The notes under the pieces: model-generated
The model's input: only the letters and a program-made list of their open reading frames with translations
The model's database searches: none
What the model was told of the DNA's origin: nothing
Program-made: the position numbers and the translations under genes
In this document: in pieces, positions 13,401 to 27,000 of the stretch
How positions within the stretch are numbered: the stretch's first letter is position 1
How the letters are laid out: each line of letters begins with the position of its first letter
Source of the DNA: Torpedo marmorata
Taxonomy: Eukaryota
DNA length: 64,000 bases
Assembly: GCA_977017645.1 (NCBI GenBank)
Contig: OZ360225.1
Location: 62,372,001 to 62,436,000, forward strand
Direction: 5' to 3'

Positions 13401-14122
13401 GTTACGAAGCTGTCAGGAACAGATTTTCATCTGAGAAACATGTTGCTGTTTGTATATACTTTGCATGTATTTATGCAAACGACGAAAAAAGACCATGGGA
13501 CTGGATACTATTTCTGACCCGCATAATCTTGACATCATAAATAGTACAGATGAGCACACTTTTCATAGAACACGTCTCTGGGGACACAAAATCACTTTTT
13601 TTTAAACAGAGCAGGATATCTTCAAAGAAAAAAATAAAATTTCAAGTTTCTACTTCATGTGAAGACAATTAGCACACTTGTCCATCCATACTCCAGCCAG
13701 TTTATGCTTTCCAGGCCCTTTAGCGATTCACTCTCAGTACCGTTGTCAAGGAACTAAGTTAGAGCCCTGGCCCCACCCAGATTCCAATCCAGTTTGTCCA
13801 TTCATTATAATCAAGGGCCTATTAATTTTAAGAACGTACAATTTTTCTAAAATTTTTGAAGTACTTTTCTGTAAAATTTACTATTGAAACAAGTAGTACC
13901 ATGCAAATCTTGCAAGACAACTCAAACCAAAACCAGAATGTGAAACTTTTGTGATTCCGGCTATGAGTAAAGGAGCAAGAAAAACACAACAACTGAGTAT
14001 TTGGAGTTGAAGTCATATCTTAACAACTATTGAAGGTATGCTCCAAAAACTGTACACAATATAGTACAAGATTCCAAAGGTAAAATGGTCCATTTGTTAC
14101 TTGGGTTTGAGAGTGCCACGTT
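10430..14122 (-). other. SALL3: Probable SALL3 3' UTR; extent uncertain
   Basis: Repeat-free AT-rich sequence after the stop codon. AATAAA occurs on the minus strand at 12701-12706 and at 10449-10454, the latter followed by a GT/T-rich tract. Confidence 0.45.
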
Positions 14123-14554
14123 TTAGTTAATGCCAATTTCTTTGCCATCTTCGATAAATCTAGCGAATGGGCGACTTGCACCTCCTTCTGTGCTTTGTTT
14201 CTCCAGACTAGCAACTGGTGGGCTGCTCCCTGTACGAACCCTGTCCATTCCGCTGGCCACACTAGTTAAAGCTGGAATACCACTGGCTCCCAGGCTAACA
14301 GGGAGCTGAGGGATGCCTCCATTCTGTATAACAGAAATCTCGTTATTTTTCATGGCTAGACCATTCGTGATGGCTGCAGCGTATTGGTTCCAGAATGTTG
14401 CGTCAACATTCATTGCCCGAGCTGCCAAGTCCTTTTGAAACATCTCTGAGAACTTCACAGCATCACCGCCTAGTAAAGCCATTGGGTTCTCTACTGATAA
14501 ACGACGTCCTCGTCTTGCTGGAGAGTTATTCCACATATGGGTTCCCATGTGAAC
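14123..14554 (-). CDS. SALL3: SALL3 terminal coding exon ([10 protein letters not shown]...[10 protein letters not shown])
   Basis: Acceptor tttctcgttag|GTTCACATG joins in frame to KGNLK and completes the last finger (VHMGTH). It carries the [27 protein letters not shown] motif, and the EIGIN C-terminus is typical of SALL3 rather than SALL1. Confidence 0.96.
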   Translation of the reverse strand, partial: VHMGTHMWNNSPARRGRRLSVENPMALLGGDAVKFSEMFQKDLAARAMNVDATFWNQYAAAITNGLAMKNNEISVIQNGGIPQLPVSLGASGIPALTSVASGMDRVRTGSSPPVASLEKQSTEGGASRPFARFIEDGKEIGIN

Positions 14555-14964
14555 CTAACGAGAAACATAAAATGGTAACAAAAAGAAAATGTACTATTAA
14601 ACAGAATACACTTTTCAAACAGGATACACTTTCGATATGCAATCATCCCATTTATACGACTGTCTGCATAGATTCTTTTAACATTTCATTGAACAGGAGA
14701 AGCTGATAATAGTGATGGGCAGCATATGCAATTTTGAAATAGAACCATGGGACTCAGGAGATGCAAAGCAGAGTTGATATGTATCTGAAAGGGGATAAGT
14801 TTATAATTTTGATGCGACCTTCATCAAAATACTAATTATCCATTCTGTACCAGACACAAATCAACCTGTTCAACATTTCCAGCAGCTTGTCTACTCATTT
14901 CAGATTTTGAATTTTTATTAATTTTTCCCTTGGTTGTTATATCTCAAAATATTTATGCTGCTCA

Positions 14965-15380
14965 TGTTACCGGAACTGTTTGGCTTGAATTACAAGGAGA
15001 GGCTGGATAGACTGGGACTTTGCTCCCTGGAGTAAAGGAGGGTAAGGGGGGACCTAATGGAGGTTTATGAAATCATGAGGGGCATAGTTCTTGTTCCCTG
15101 GGTGGGGGAATCTAAAACTGGAAGGCATAGATTAATGGTGAGAAGGGAAAGATTTAAAAGGGATTTGAGCGGCATCTTCTCACTCAGAGGATGGTGGGTA
15201 TATCGAATGAGTTGCCAGAGGAAGTGGTAGAAGTGGGGATAATTGCAATGTTCAAAAGACATTTAGACAGGTACATGGGTAGGGATATGAGCTGAATACA
15301 GGCAAATGGGACGAGCTGGGTCGGTATGGGTAAGTTGAGCTGTGGGCCTGTTTCCGTGCTGGAGAACTCTATGACTCTGT
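14965..15380 (+). mobile_element. CR1-clade LINE 3' fragment
   Basis: aggagaggctggatagactgggac...cttcacactcagaggatggtggg...ctctatgactct tail, typical of chondrichthyan CR1/HER1. Confidence 0.8.
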
Positions 15381-15382
15381 AT

Positions 15383-15752
15383 CAGTGGTTTTCAAACTGC
15401 TCCCCTAAACTCACATTCCACCTTAAGTAATCCCTATGCCATAAGTGCTCTGTGATTAGTAAGGGATTGCTTAAGGTGGTATGTGAGTGGAAAGAAAAAG
15501 TTTGAAAACCATTGTTTTAATCGTACCTAATCGTTATGTGCACGGTTTCATAACTCCAAAGGAAATGGGCCAATGACAATTTTTCTCAAGCAAAATATTT
15601 CAGTAACAATTGGGTCTAGAGCAGTGGTTCTCAACCTTCCCTTCCCACTCACATACCACCTTAAGCAATCCCTTACCAATCACAGAGCATTTTTGGCATA
15701 GGGATTGCTTAAGGTGGAATGTGAGTTTAGGGAGGCAGTTTGAAAACCACTG
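15383..15752. mobile_element. hAT (Charlie/Buster-type) composite MITE, 370 bp
   Basis: Ends CAGTGGTTTTCAAACTGC and GCAGTTTGAAAACCACTG, ~130-bp inverted arms, and an 8-bp TSD ctctgtat/ctctatat (7 of 8 match). Confidence 0.85.
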
Positions 15753-15924
15753 CTCTATATCATTATAATTGCATCAAGTTGAACATTTGAAACACAATTA
15801 TAGTTCACACCACCCAGATGAAAATTTATAATTCAAGAGATAATGCATTTTTTCCAATTTCAACTTTGTTTTGTTATTTGTGCCACTTCATGTCAATTAT
15901 TTATACAATTTTAGAAAGATTCAG

Positions 15925-16405
15925 AGGTAAACAAGAAAATCTGCAGATGCTGAGGTCCAGTGCAGAAAACAAAAGTGCTGGAGAAACTCAGCAGATCACA
16001 CAGCACGCATAAAAAGAAAAAGGCAGTCGACGTTTCAGGCGCAAGTCTTCCTTCAGGAGTGCCAAAAATCAGGCAGATGCCCAAATAAAAAGGAGGGATG
16101 GGGGAAAGGGGAAGGAGGAGGAATGCAGGCCAACAGCTAAGAAGTAGTAGGTGGATAGAGGAGGGCAGAAGAAAAAGATGCTGAGCAGTTGAAAGAAGCT
16201 CACCTCAGCTTCTTTCTCTTCAATCTTTACACCCTTATCCACCCATTACCTCTTATCTGTTCCACCCTCTTCTCCTCCCCTCCCACCTTTTTATTCAGTA
16301 TGCCTGGTCTTCAGCACTCCAGGTACACGCCCAAAATGTTGACGGCCTTTTACTTCCAATGGATGCTGCGAGACATGTTGAATTTTTTCAGCACTTTTGT
16401 GTGCT
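15925..16405. mobile_element. Inverted pair of Penelope-like termini
   Basis: Left ctgcagatgctg...gtgctggagaaactcagcag is mirrored on the right by gatgctgcgagacatgttgaattttttcagcac, with purine-rich then pyrimidine-rich internal tracts. Confidence 0.7.
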
Positions 16406-19400
16406 CGTAAATTTGTATTCACATGAATTTAGAAAAGAAAATTAAAAGTGCTTTGTGGAAGCTAATGAAAAAGAGGGGAAAAAAAGATACATGGAAAAAC
16501 TACCATAAATTGATGAGGTTGTTGAGACTTAAAATAATTGTTCTGGACCACCTACTGTTTGTTCAGTGTAAATGTGGCTGCATGGTGACAAATGTAGAGC
16601 CAAGTGTCATCAATACAGGTGAACAGAACATAATCTCACACCAGGAAAGGTGATATTATTACTTTTAACTTGCCACTTGAACATAAATCTTGTGTGGCCA
16701 CTTTGTTGGCTCTTACAGAAACTGCTTGCTTCATGTATCCAAATGGAAGTAGAAAAGCTATTTTTCTTAAGAAAAACAAATGTTTGCTTTCATAGCAATG
16801 ACCAATTGCCAAGCCAGTTTTATTCCTCAATTTTAAACTATAAATCTATTGTAGCATGTAGGTGAGGAGGAAGAAGGTCATCAACAATAGGTTCTTGTAA
16901 GATTCAGGAGACTGGAGTGTCAGAGTTGGATGGAAAACTCTAATGCTAGACGTACCAAGGGAAAAATCAGGAAGGTAAACTTCAATAGTCAGTCCCACAA
17001 TCTGTATCAAGTCGGCAAAAAACACTGAATTCTGAGCAGCAGACAGGGTTTAATTCCATAATGACCAAATCTGCTTTGGCAAGCATAACCTGAGCATGGA
17101 ATTTTTAAAAAAAATCACATTATTGTTTTCAAATCCTTCCCTGGTCTCCTCTGAGACCATTGCTCACTGTTAGATTTACCTCATTGGATACAAACTATGG
17201 ACTTGAAATTAGAAACTCCAATTAACCCAGATTTGCTAAGTAAGAATAATTTTAATCAACTCATAGAATTATTGGGAGACCATCGAGATTATTGAGTCTG
17301 TAGCAGCTTTAACTAGAGCTATCATGTCAGATCCTTTCTTCCACTCTTTCCCCAAAGCCTGCAAATGATTACTCTTGTGCCTATCCTATCCCCTTTTGAA
17401 CATACTAATTGTTTCCATTGCCGTCAATGGCAGTGAATTCTCAATTATAACCAATCTCTGGGTACACTATATTTTGGGGATTATGTGTTATAATATTCAT
17501 CTTGAGAAAGCCATTGAAGGCTATAAGGTCTCTAACTCCCACCACCACCCTCCTCACCCTCCAAAAAACCCCATGAACTGATTGTCCTCCTTTAAAATCT
17601 ATCAACAAAATTTGGTATTTTGGTCACCACTCTATCTCTATTCGTAACTCATTGGTCTTCCAAAGAGTAAAATTTGTCAGTCAAAGGTTAGATAGCATGA
17701 AGAGGTTGATGAAGAATTATTTTTGTCTCAGAATTTTTTCAATGTAACTGTCTGTGGCTTATTCCAAAGATATGGCCACACGGGGATCGATGCAGAGCCA
17801 AGAGTCATCAGTATAGATGAATGGAAAGTAATCCCACACGAGGAATGGAGTATTATCACAGCATGAATCTAATGCAGTGGTTGGATGCCTGATATAGAAC
17901 ATATTCAATTCACATCTCCAAATGGATGTGAAACATTCTTAATAGGCATCTTGGGATGTTTTACAATGTTAAAAATCACCACATAACTGTAGGCTATTGT
18001 GGGAATGCAGCACACTGGCAGTTACCTAATTTTGTACATATCTGGGTCTTTCTGTCCAGAATCTTCTCAATCAAGGTTATATGTTTTTACCAGTAATTTC
18101 TCATGACAATATTATACATAATTAAATTATTCTTGCCTCTGAGTTTGAGCTGTGCTTAAAAAGCTTCTGATTTTATGGCCACATGTTCTTCTTAATTTTC
18201 AGCAAACCTGGGCAATGTGCATCCAGAAGAGAGTTGCAATTTGCATCCAAGGGAAATTGCAATTTTTAATGCACTTGTTTGTTTTACTTTGAAATCAAGA
18301 TGCATTGCAGATTTAGAAATGTACGTCTTCTGAAGTGAGATGTCTATGGATACTGCCACATCATTTTAATAAATTCTAAAGATATATATAACAGTGCAAA
18401 AACTTTGTCTGAGAAAGCAATCATTTTTTGAACAGGATTAAATGACTGAGTGAGTTCACTATATTTGTAATAACTTTTAATGACATGCAGTTAATCAATT
18501 ATTGCTTCTCTATATTGAAATGTTTTAAAATAATTTAATGTTATTGATTATGTATTATGTATTGATTTTGCTCTCTTTGATCATTGTTCATACTGCTGCA
18601 GAATTCCTGATGTCCTGAATTTGATCATAAAATTTAAACAGTCACACACTTTATTGAAAACTAATTTATACCAAAAGCAGGGCAGTTATTGGGACTTGCA
18701 ACGCAGTGGTCTGTGGACACTTATTTTCTTTCAAAGGAGGTTTACTAGTTTCAGTTAGGTTGCCAAGAATGAAGGAATAGTGGAAATATCTTTTAGCATT
18801 ACCTGCACAAAGTTAAGCATGGAGTGACATTGAAAATGGAAATCAGGAAAATGAGAAATCCCACCCAGCAAATTAACAGGGACAGTCTGAATCCACAGGC
18901 TTTGGAGAGAACCTGTTCAAAGTATATCTGTTGTTGTATTAACATTTAGAGAAAATTGCACTGTATTATTCCAATCATCACAGGTTTCAGAGTCCTGAAA
19001 TTGACTTACTTAGTGTCTCATAACTTTGGAGGGAACTGAGTTTGCATGTGCAAATGGAAAATGTAATAAGCATCTTGAGAAGCTATTGTGCCTGTCATCC
19101 TGAGGAAACTTCTACAAATTAGTTATTCTGACTGTTGTTGGTTGGGAAAGTGAAGCAGATGAAGGAGACATTTTGTGCCATGTAAGTTCCCATGTGGTTA
19201 ATCTGCTCTGATAGTCAAGTTGAGAGAAATGCTACCAAGGTCATAGAGAGGCCACACTGCTCTTTTTGAAATGGTGCAATTAGATTTTTAACATCCATTT
19301 GAACTGGAACAAGTCCCCGGTTTTAAACCACCCAATATGTTGAAAACTACAAATAACAATAGCCAGATCAGATTTTACCAACTACTGAAAGGTAGAAAAG

Positions 19401-20560
19401 GTACCAGTTATTCAGAAATTCATTGGTTGCACAAACTGCTGTGCAGAGTTACTGCAGTGCATTATATTCTACTTCTGAAATTCAGTTCTATGAAACGATT
19501 GGAACTGAATTTCAAATACAGAGCACAACACAGTTATCGCTACTTTATAACACAGAATGTTGCCAACCAGAGATGAATTTCTGAAGATATAATATTTAAG
19601 TTTTAACAAGGTAATCACCAATCCAGAGATGTACAAATTAACAAACAGCACTGGCCAAAGTAAAGGTTGAACTAGTCTGGGGAAACATTTTAAACTTTGC
19701 ACGTGTGGCTGATCAAAACTTTAACTGTGTGTTCACAGTGTTCATTAACTGTGAAGTGAGAAGCGACAATTATAATTTAAGATCTAGTCTAATACTTGCT
19801 GTAACCAATGTCTGGCAAATGTGATTCTGTAAACTAAGCAGCATCAACAGAAAGTATGATGCCAAACACTATTATTTCAAAGGAACACTGCAACACAAAT
19901 TGCTTTGATCTCCAGTGCGATGTAGCATGGAGAAAGGAATCCTGTTGAAGAGGAGAGAGCTTCCTTCAAAGCGACATGTGACTAAAGCTGAGTGAGTGAG
20001 AGAAGAACCAAGGTTGAAATGACTGTGATCAACTCCGGAGCTCCCATTTGTCATTCCTAATCAGTAGCCAATAAGACTGGGGTAGATAAAGATGTCAAGG
20101 GATGGGAGAACTCTCTTCATTGTACTGATCCTATAATTAGTTAGACTGGTGATACTAAAGCTCCAGGTTTGCTGATGAAAAATGGTGATATAACCTATTA
20201 CAATTTGTTAATTTGCTTTACTTACACTCAGATGATTGATATTAGCAATAGGTGGAGCTTAAAACTGTGGACAATGTTATCTATGAGGAAACCAGGGTGC
20301 AATATGTACTTGGTAAGGGGTAAGTGTTTGTGGGAATATCAGTTAGCAGTTATCCTTAACTCCTTGTACTTGGTCTCTGACTTAAAACACCTGGCAATCA
20401 GAGGTAGGTCCATTTGATTTTCTCATCCTACTGCTAATGTCAAACGTAAGTCCGTGTCTGTAAAGTAAGGGAACACATTTTACCATCTTTCATGTCAAAC
20501 CTGGAAACTGAGTGTCACCATTCTAACTAATTATAGGATCAGAAAATGCTGGAAAAACTG

Positions 20561-21047
20561 GGTAGTGGACACAGCCCAGGACATTACAGGCAAAACCCTC
20601 CCCACTATTGAGTACATCTACAGGGAACGCTGCCGTCAGAGGGCAGCAGCAATCATCAAAGACCCACACCACCCAGCACACGCTCTGTTCTCGCTGCTGC
20701 CATCAGGAAAGAGGTATAGGTGCCACAAGACTCGCACCACCAGGTTCAGGAACAGCTGCTACCCCTCTACCATCAGAATCCTCAATGACAAAGTCAATCA
20801 GAGACTCATTTAAAGACTCTTACTTGTGCACTTTATTGATTGATTTTCTTTGTTCTCTCTGTATTGCACAGTTTGTTTACATTCGTTATCTGTTTACAGT
20901 TCTTTTATTTGTTTACATGTTTATGCTGTGTACAGTTTATTTTTGCACTACCAATTAGGGGTAATTCTGCCGCGCCCGCAGGAAAAAGGAATCTCAGGGT
21001 TGTATGTGATGTCATGTATGTACTCTGACAATAAATCTGAAATCTGA
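20561..21047 (+). mobile_element. Rex1/Babar-type LINE, 5'-truncated 3' end, inserted in a Penelope-derived element (20540-21185)
   Basis: Nearly identical to 32322-32807. Encodes [20 protein letters not shown] and ends in gacaataaatctgaaatctga. The flanks rejoin as aatgctggaaaaact...ggtcagtcagcatct. Confidence 0.9.
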
Positions 21048-24041
21048 GGTCAGTCAGCATCTCTGGAAAAAGAAATAGTTAATATTTCAAGTTGAAGACT
21101 TCATCAAACTGCCTGAATTGGTGAGCTGTTCCACGACCTACTGTTTTTATTTCAGATTTCTAGTAACTGCAAATTTTTGATTTTCATTAACTCTAGGATC
21201 ATCAAAGGAAGTCCTCCCATCTGTTAACATCTATGTCTATCCTAACCTACATGGGTTACTAAATAGGGACAAAAAAGGGAAAATTCAGGTACAGGAAATT
21301 TAAGCTGTGAACTCCAACTACGTACGAGTGAATGGATTTTGCATGGATTTTGACCCATATTTCACATTCCTTATATTTACATGAATAAGTCCCTCTAAGT
21401 ACATCCAGTAAAATATGAATGAAATTATTTTCCATTCATCTTTAGTATGGCCTAGTTACAATTATAAATCTCTTCAAGGAAGTGCTTCTTAAGAGTTTGA
21501 ATATTTTTTCCTATTTCTTTAATAATATGAAACAATACAAGACTGGAAAACAGATTATGAGGAAGTTATTATAACATGTAATGATTTAGCACCAATTAGC
21601 AATGAGGAAAATTTAATTTTCAAACTAAATTACTTTGATTAACAGCAGTTTTTATTCTGGCAAAGGAAATACCACAGTTAATTAATCTGCAAATATTAAC
21701 AATGTTAATGAAAATATACTTTTTGCTTAGTTGAGGATACCATGTTTAAGCAGCATGATGGTAGGCTTATGTAAGATAGAGGATATGATGCTGCTTCCCT
21801 CTGTTCCATTAGCTAACTTCTAACAGACATGGGAGAAGCACACCATTAACAACTATACTTTGTAATTCTTGCAATTCCAATCTTATTAGCCCAGAACATG
21901 CATGCAAAGAAAACATTCAACAGAGATTTTCCCAATTATCAATCATGGTTGGATTTCCTCCTTCTTTCTCCAGGATCTTTGATTTCAATTGGGCTACAGA
22001 CAGAAGGCAGATAGAAATATGTCCTCAGTCAATTGTGATACAGTTGTCTCTCCAGTTGTACTCCATTTTTGAAATTTGGCTCCAATGGTTTCAGTGCAGT
22101 CACTATTCATTCAGTGCAAGCAGCTGAAGATGATTTTCTAGTCCTTGGCACCTTATCATCATGAAAGAGTAACCGAGAAGGGCAGAGGAAAAGAGATGGC
22201 CTGCTTCTATTCTCAGCTGTCATTGGTTGGAAGTGAACATCCCCATGGTAATTATGTAAATTGAATTGGGGAGTTGAGCAAAATTTAACCTGGTCGTCTG
22301 GTTCAAAAGCAAGCCAAAAAATTTGGAAATAAACCACAAGCTGTAAGTACACAACTTTAGCTTTCACAGATGGATTTTCAAGAATTAACTCTATCCAGTT
22401 TATACCTACAATCTCTTTAATTAAATTGGTCTACGGCAATGAATTGTTAAATGGCAAAATGCTGAGACATCACAGTTTAAAGTATTTTGGTTATTACATC
22501 TGAGAAGGAAAGGAATGTTACTTTAGTACAGCACATCAACATTCAGTTACCATGCACAAATGTATTACTAATTTACTTAAGCAGACACCAGTTTAAAAAG
22601 ATAGTGGCTCAAAATTCATTCCTGCCTGGCTATGCTCAAGTAGCATCAGCCTATTGTACTCTGCCTCTAAAATTCATTTCCTATAACTTCAAGGCAATGA
22701 ACTGCAGAGGTGGAGTAAACTTGCTGATGCTGCTCGAGCACAACCAATTGGCATTGAATTTCCAAGCAGGAATGCTTTATTGTAAAGAGAAAATCAATGC
22801 AACATTTTAACTTTGATTTGCCAGTAGTAGTCATCCAAGGAGATGATGCGGACTGATCTGTTTAATGTTTCCTGCATTTTGTTTTTATTTCAGATTCCAT
22901 GTGTCTGTCATTTTTTTTATTTTCATTGCCAGCAATATTGTTACACAACACTTTTAAGGACTGTCAGTGCTTAGGATATCAAAATCAACACTCTTTTCTG
23001 TTAATGTTCACCAGATAAGCATGGACAGTTTGAGATATTAATGGAAAGAACACCTTGTATTAATTCTTATGAAATGCCTGCCTCAGATTATATATTTAAC
23101 CGTATTTTAGTAGAGAGGCCAGAGAGTGGAACAGGGCAGATCTTGTCTGGTTGTCAATTTGGTCAAGTTGAATTTCATAAGACTTTATGGTGTTGCAGTC
23201 AAATACTTCAATAATGCATGCAACTAAAATCCTTTACTTATGGTACGCCATTTGGGAGCCCCCTCATAAAAGAAATGAATTGCAGGCAAAGGTTTTCTTA
23301 TTTTATAGGACAAAATAAACCTTTCTTGAATATATTTAGTTTTGTATGTGAATGTACAAAGTTTAGAAAGTTTAGCAAATATTCCTCTTGTCAGTATGCT
23401 ACGATATCACAGACTTTTTTAATGAAGTTGACAGTAGAGTCCTTTTTCATGGGGAAACTCCATCACACTTGCTGAATTTACAGTGAGATAATTTCCACAA
23501 GAAAATGCTGTTCAAATAAATCAACTGACAAAAGCAGATAGCATGGTGTGAGACATGAACAAGTGAACTTTGAAAAATGGAAAGTCTATCAGTAGTCAAT
23601 GTCAAACCATTTTAGGATATTTAGCAACGTTTACAATTCAATTGCAAAATTATGATTAAAATTATAATTTTATCAATTTAAATATTCCTATCAGTGCCAC
23701 GGTTTCAGCATTATTCATTGAAAATAAGTTAACATATTTTGTTTGTTCATTTTAACATTATTTGAAAATAACCTTGGATTCTATTCCCTATTAAGATCAG
23801 AGTGCATAATATATTAGTATGTGAAACTGTTATGAGTATCTGTGTGTGTTTGCCTCTAAAAGTGCATTTAGACTAAAACATTAAAATGAAGACAAATGTC
23901 ACAGTTTTCAACCATTAAAACATGGGTTATTACAATTGCTGTGCCAACATTTTACTTCAGATTTACATCTGCAGGTTCATGGTTAAAAGAGAAGCAGCTG
24001 ATACATTCTTATCACTAATTTATACATCAAAATGATCTTAC

Positions 24042-27000
24042 CTTAAGATTCCCTTTTGTTGTAAAAGCTCTGCCACAGATTGTGCAGCCAAAAGGCTTCT
24101 CACCAGTGTGAGTGCGCTCATGGATCTGAAGAGCACTTGCAGAAGAAAAGGTCTTCCCACAGGATGGACAGTTATGCTGCTTGGGAGTCCGACGAGGTGG
24201 TGGTGCCAGAATGGGTGTCATACCTGGACTCATAGCTGTCTGTGGTGCAGATGGAGCCTGTATACCAACTGGAACCTGCGTGCCATCACCTAGGGAGATC
24301 GGCTTGCTGTGACCATTGACTTCCATTTTGACCACGGTTGGTGCAGTGCTGGTGACCAGGCTAGGAGTACTTTGGGTGGGACCTAGAGTGGAGTTGGGTT
24401 CAAATAACTGAGAAGGAAGTTCTTTCATCTTGTGAGTCAGTAAGTGCTGTTTTAAATTACCCATAGTGGAGCAACCACGATTGCAGATTGTGCAAAGGAA
24501 TGGACGCTCTTTAGTATGGCTGCGGTAGTGAATTTCCAACGCACTTTTACAAGCAAAAGGTTTCCCACAGATACTACAAACAGTACTTTTCAACTTACCA
24601 CATTCTTGGTTGGGGAACAGCATACAAAAAGCCTCTTCTTTGATGATCGGCCGGCTCAGGTTGTTGGCTGTCAGATCAAGTGCACCTTCATTCTCCCGAT
24701 GAGTTGACGGACTGTCCACTTTTTCTAATTTCACTGGGGTCTCGTGTGGCTCTTCGGGGTTACCAAAGCCTGGCGACTTTGACCTTTGACTCCCAGCATT
24801 GCTGGGCACAGGTGACAAAGCCTGCATTGAAGAAGAGCACTCGGACAGTGCAGGGCTACCAGCACTTTGACTTTCCAGATCACCTACTGCAGAGGAAGAG
24901 TCGTTTGTTAAGCGATCACTCTCCATGGATCCGTTCTCAACAGATTTCACGCTGGATCGCTGCTGTGTGCTTAGGGCGCAATCTATTATCTTCATCTGAT
25001 TCTCTAGTGCGGCAATGTTAGAAATCATCAAAGGTGGTGAGTTTGGCGATGAGCCAGAATAGCATAACAACTGTTTTGAAGATTCTGTCGTGGCAATGTT
25101 TAATTCTGCCTCCTCATCCATTGAATTTTCATCCATCAGTTCATCGTCAGGATAGTTGCTCATTAGTTCTGCATTCATTTCATCACAGGATAAGTCTCTG
25201 TCCAGGCTATCTGAGAAGCCTTCAGGCAATGGAGTGTTGGGAATTTGCCCCCCCATATGCATGCGAATATGTTGCTGTAAAACAACGGCATTTGTAAATT
25301 TCTTCTGGCAAATGGGACAAGAATGCTGTACCCGAAGAGGCGGCTTTGCACGATGAACTCCGAAGTGTGTCTTTAAGTTCCCCTTGGTGGTAAAAGCCCG
25401 TCCGCAGATCTTGCATTTGAAGGGCCTCTCGCCTGTGTGTGTGCGGTAATGCATCTTCAGAGCACTCTGACAACTGAGTACACGGTGACAGATAACACAC
25501 TGGTTGGGGTCAGTCATCTTTTTGTCAATATTCTCCACCAACTGTTGCAGTTTTGAGGTCTCAGACGTTTGCATAGAATCCAACAGACCGCCAAAGGGAA
25601 ACTTTGCCTTGAACTGATCAGATATGATTGGGAGCAGAGGACTGGAAAGGGTTGTGGGAACATTGTTCACTTCGGTCTCTGCACATGTAGAAAACGTGGT
25701 GGAGCATGCAGCTGAAGAACCTGACTGCCCAGATGCACAGCCTTCTACTGTCTTGAAACTTGAAGCAGGTACGTTTGAACCTTGCACCATGGAAACAATA
25801 TTGCTGCCAGTAATTGACTGTGGGGACTCTGCGGTTATTGGAATGATAGAATCATTCTTGTTCATGTTTGGTGACAAAGAAGCACATTCGCTTGACGGAG
25901 GTGATGGTCTTTGGGGTGACCTACTTAAAGGAGTCACTGTTGGGGATTCACTGGTAATACTTGATAGAGTTGGAGGCAACTGTAATCCAACTGATGTTGG
26001 TATGGTTGACAGCACAGGTTTGGTGTCCAACCAGGTTGTCACTGGTTTTTCAGGTGGCAAGGACATCCCATATGGAATACCTGTGCTAGTTGGTACATTA
26101 TCCAGGTATTCAGGGACTGGATATGGGTTCATCTGGATGTGAGGGTATTTTTCTTTATGCCTCTGGAAGTGTACTTTGAGATTACCTTTGGTGGAAAACC
26201 GATTTCCACAAATATTACACTTGAATGGTCTCTCTCCAGTGTGAGAACGAAGGTGAATCTGCAATGCACTGTCACTTCCAAAGACCTTAGCACAAAACCT
26301 ACACTTGTGCTTGAAAAATGGATCTTCTGAACTTGTTTTCGGGTCAAAGACAGAAACATTGGGTGGTTTCCCTTTGCGATGCTTCATAAGGGCAGCCAGT
26401 GGGTCCAGAGCATTGGTTGTGGCAGCTATGCTGACCAAGGGGTTTGGGAAGATCACACCACTTGAGGAATTCTGAGGTAGCAGTGGATTAGGCATGCTGG
26501 AAGTTGGACTGAGGAGACTACCGTGTGCAAGCGATGATGTTGAATACTGCAACTGAGAGGAAGTGTTATTTGTGTTTGAACTGGAACTTGGAGTCAGGGA
26601 AGATGCAATTCCACTTGTTGATGGAGGCAAAGTGGACTCCAATCTTGGTGATGCACTTCTGGGCAAAACAGGAGTGCTAGCCCCAGAAGTTGGCTGAGTG
26701 ATCGGTTGGGAACCATCGAAAGCTGCAGTGTGGACATTGGGTGCCTGCACTGTGCCTGAAGCAGAAATAACTCCTGACAAGGGGTTAGAAGAATGGTCAC
26801 TGAAGGAGGCTTGCTGGTTAGTAGCAGATACCGAAGTATCTTGGGAGGGTGCAGAGGGGTTTAGAGGGGGCAGCGTCTGTGGGTTCATCATCGCTACCTG
26901 GTTCCGGATTTGTTCAATCAGTTGAAGTTGGTGTAGCTGTTGCTGTTGCAAAGCCACCAACTGCTCTAGAATCATAGGAATAGCCATGGTGGGTATTGTA

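Larger units (their letters stand above)
14555..24041 (-). other. SALL3: SALL3 intron 2 (9487 nt, GT-AG, phase 0)
   Basis: Canonical splice sites between two exons whose translations join inside a C2H2 finger. Confidence 0.93.

Noticed and set aside
265-13900. Short 60-85 aa ORFs downstream of SALL3, including possible exons of a neighbouring gene such as ATP9B
   Set aside because: No recognisable protein motifs or consistent splice pattern, and the lengths are as expected by chance.
24027-24041. ORF ending VRSF* as the true C-terminus
   Set aside because: This is read-through of the GTAAGA donor. The finger is completed only by the exon at 14554.
24108-26925. Plus-strand ORFs such as 25624..26142 and 24680..25021
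   Set aside because: Antisense shadows of the SALL3 coding exon with no recognisable domain.
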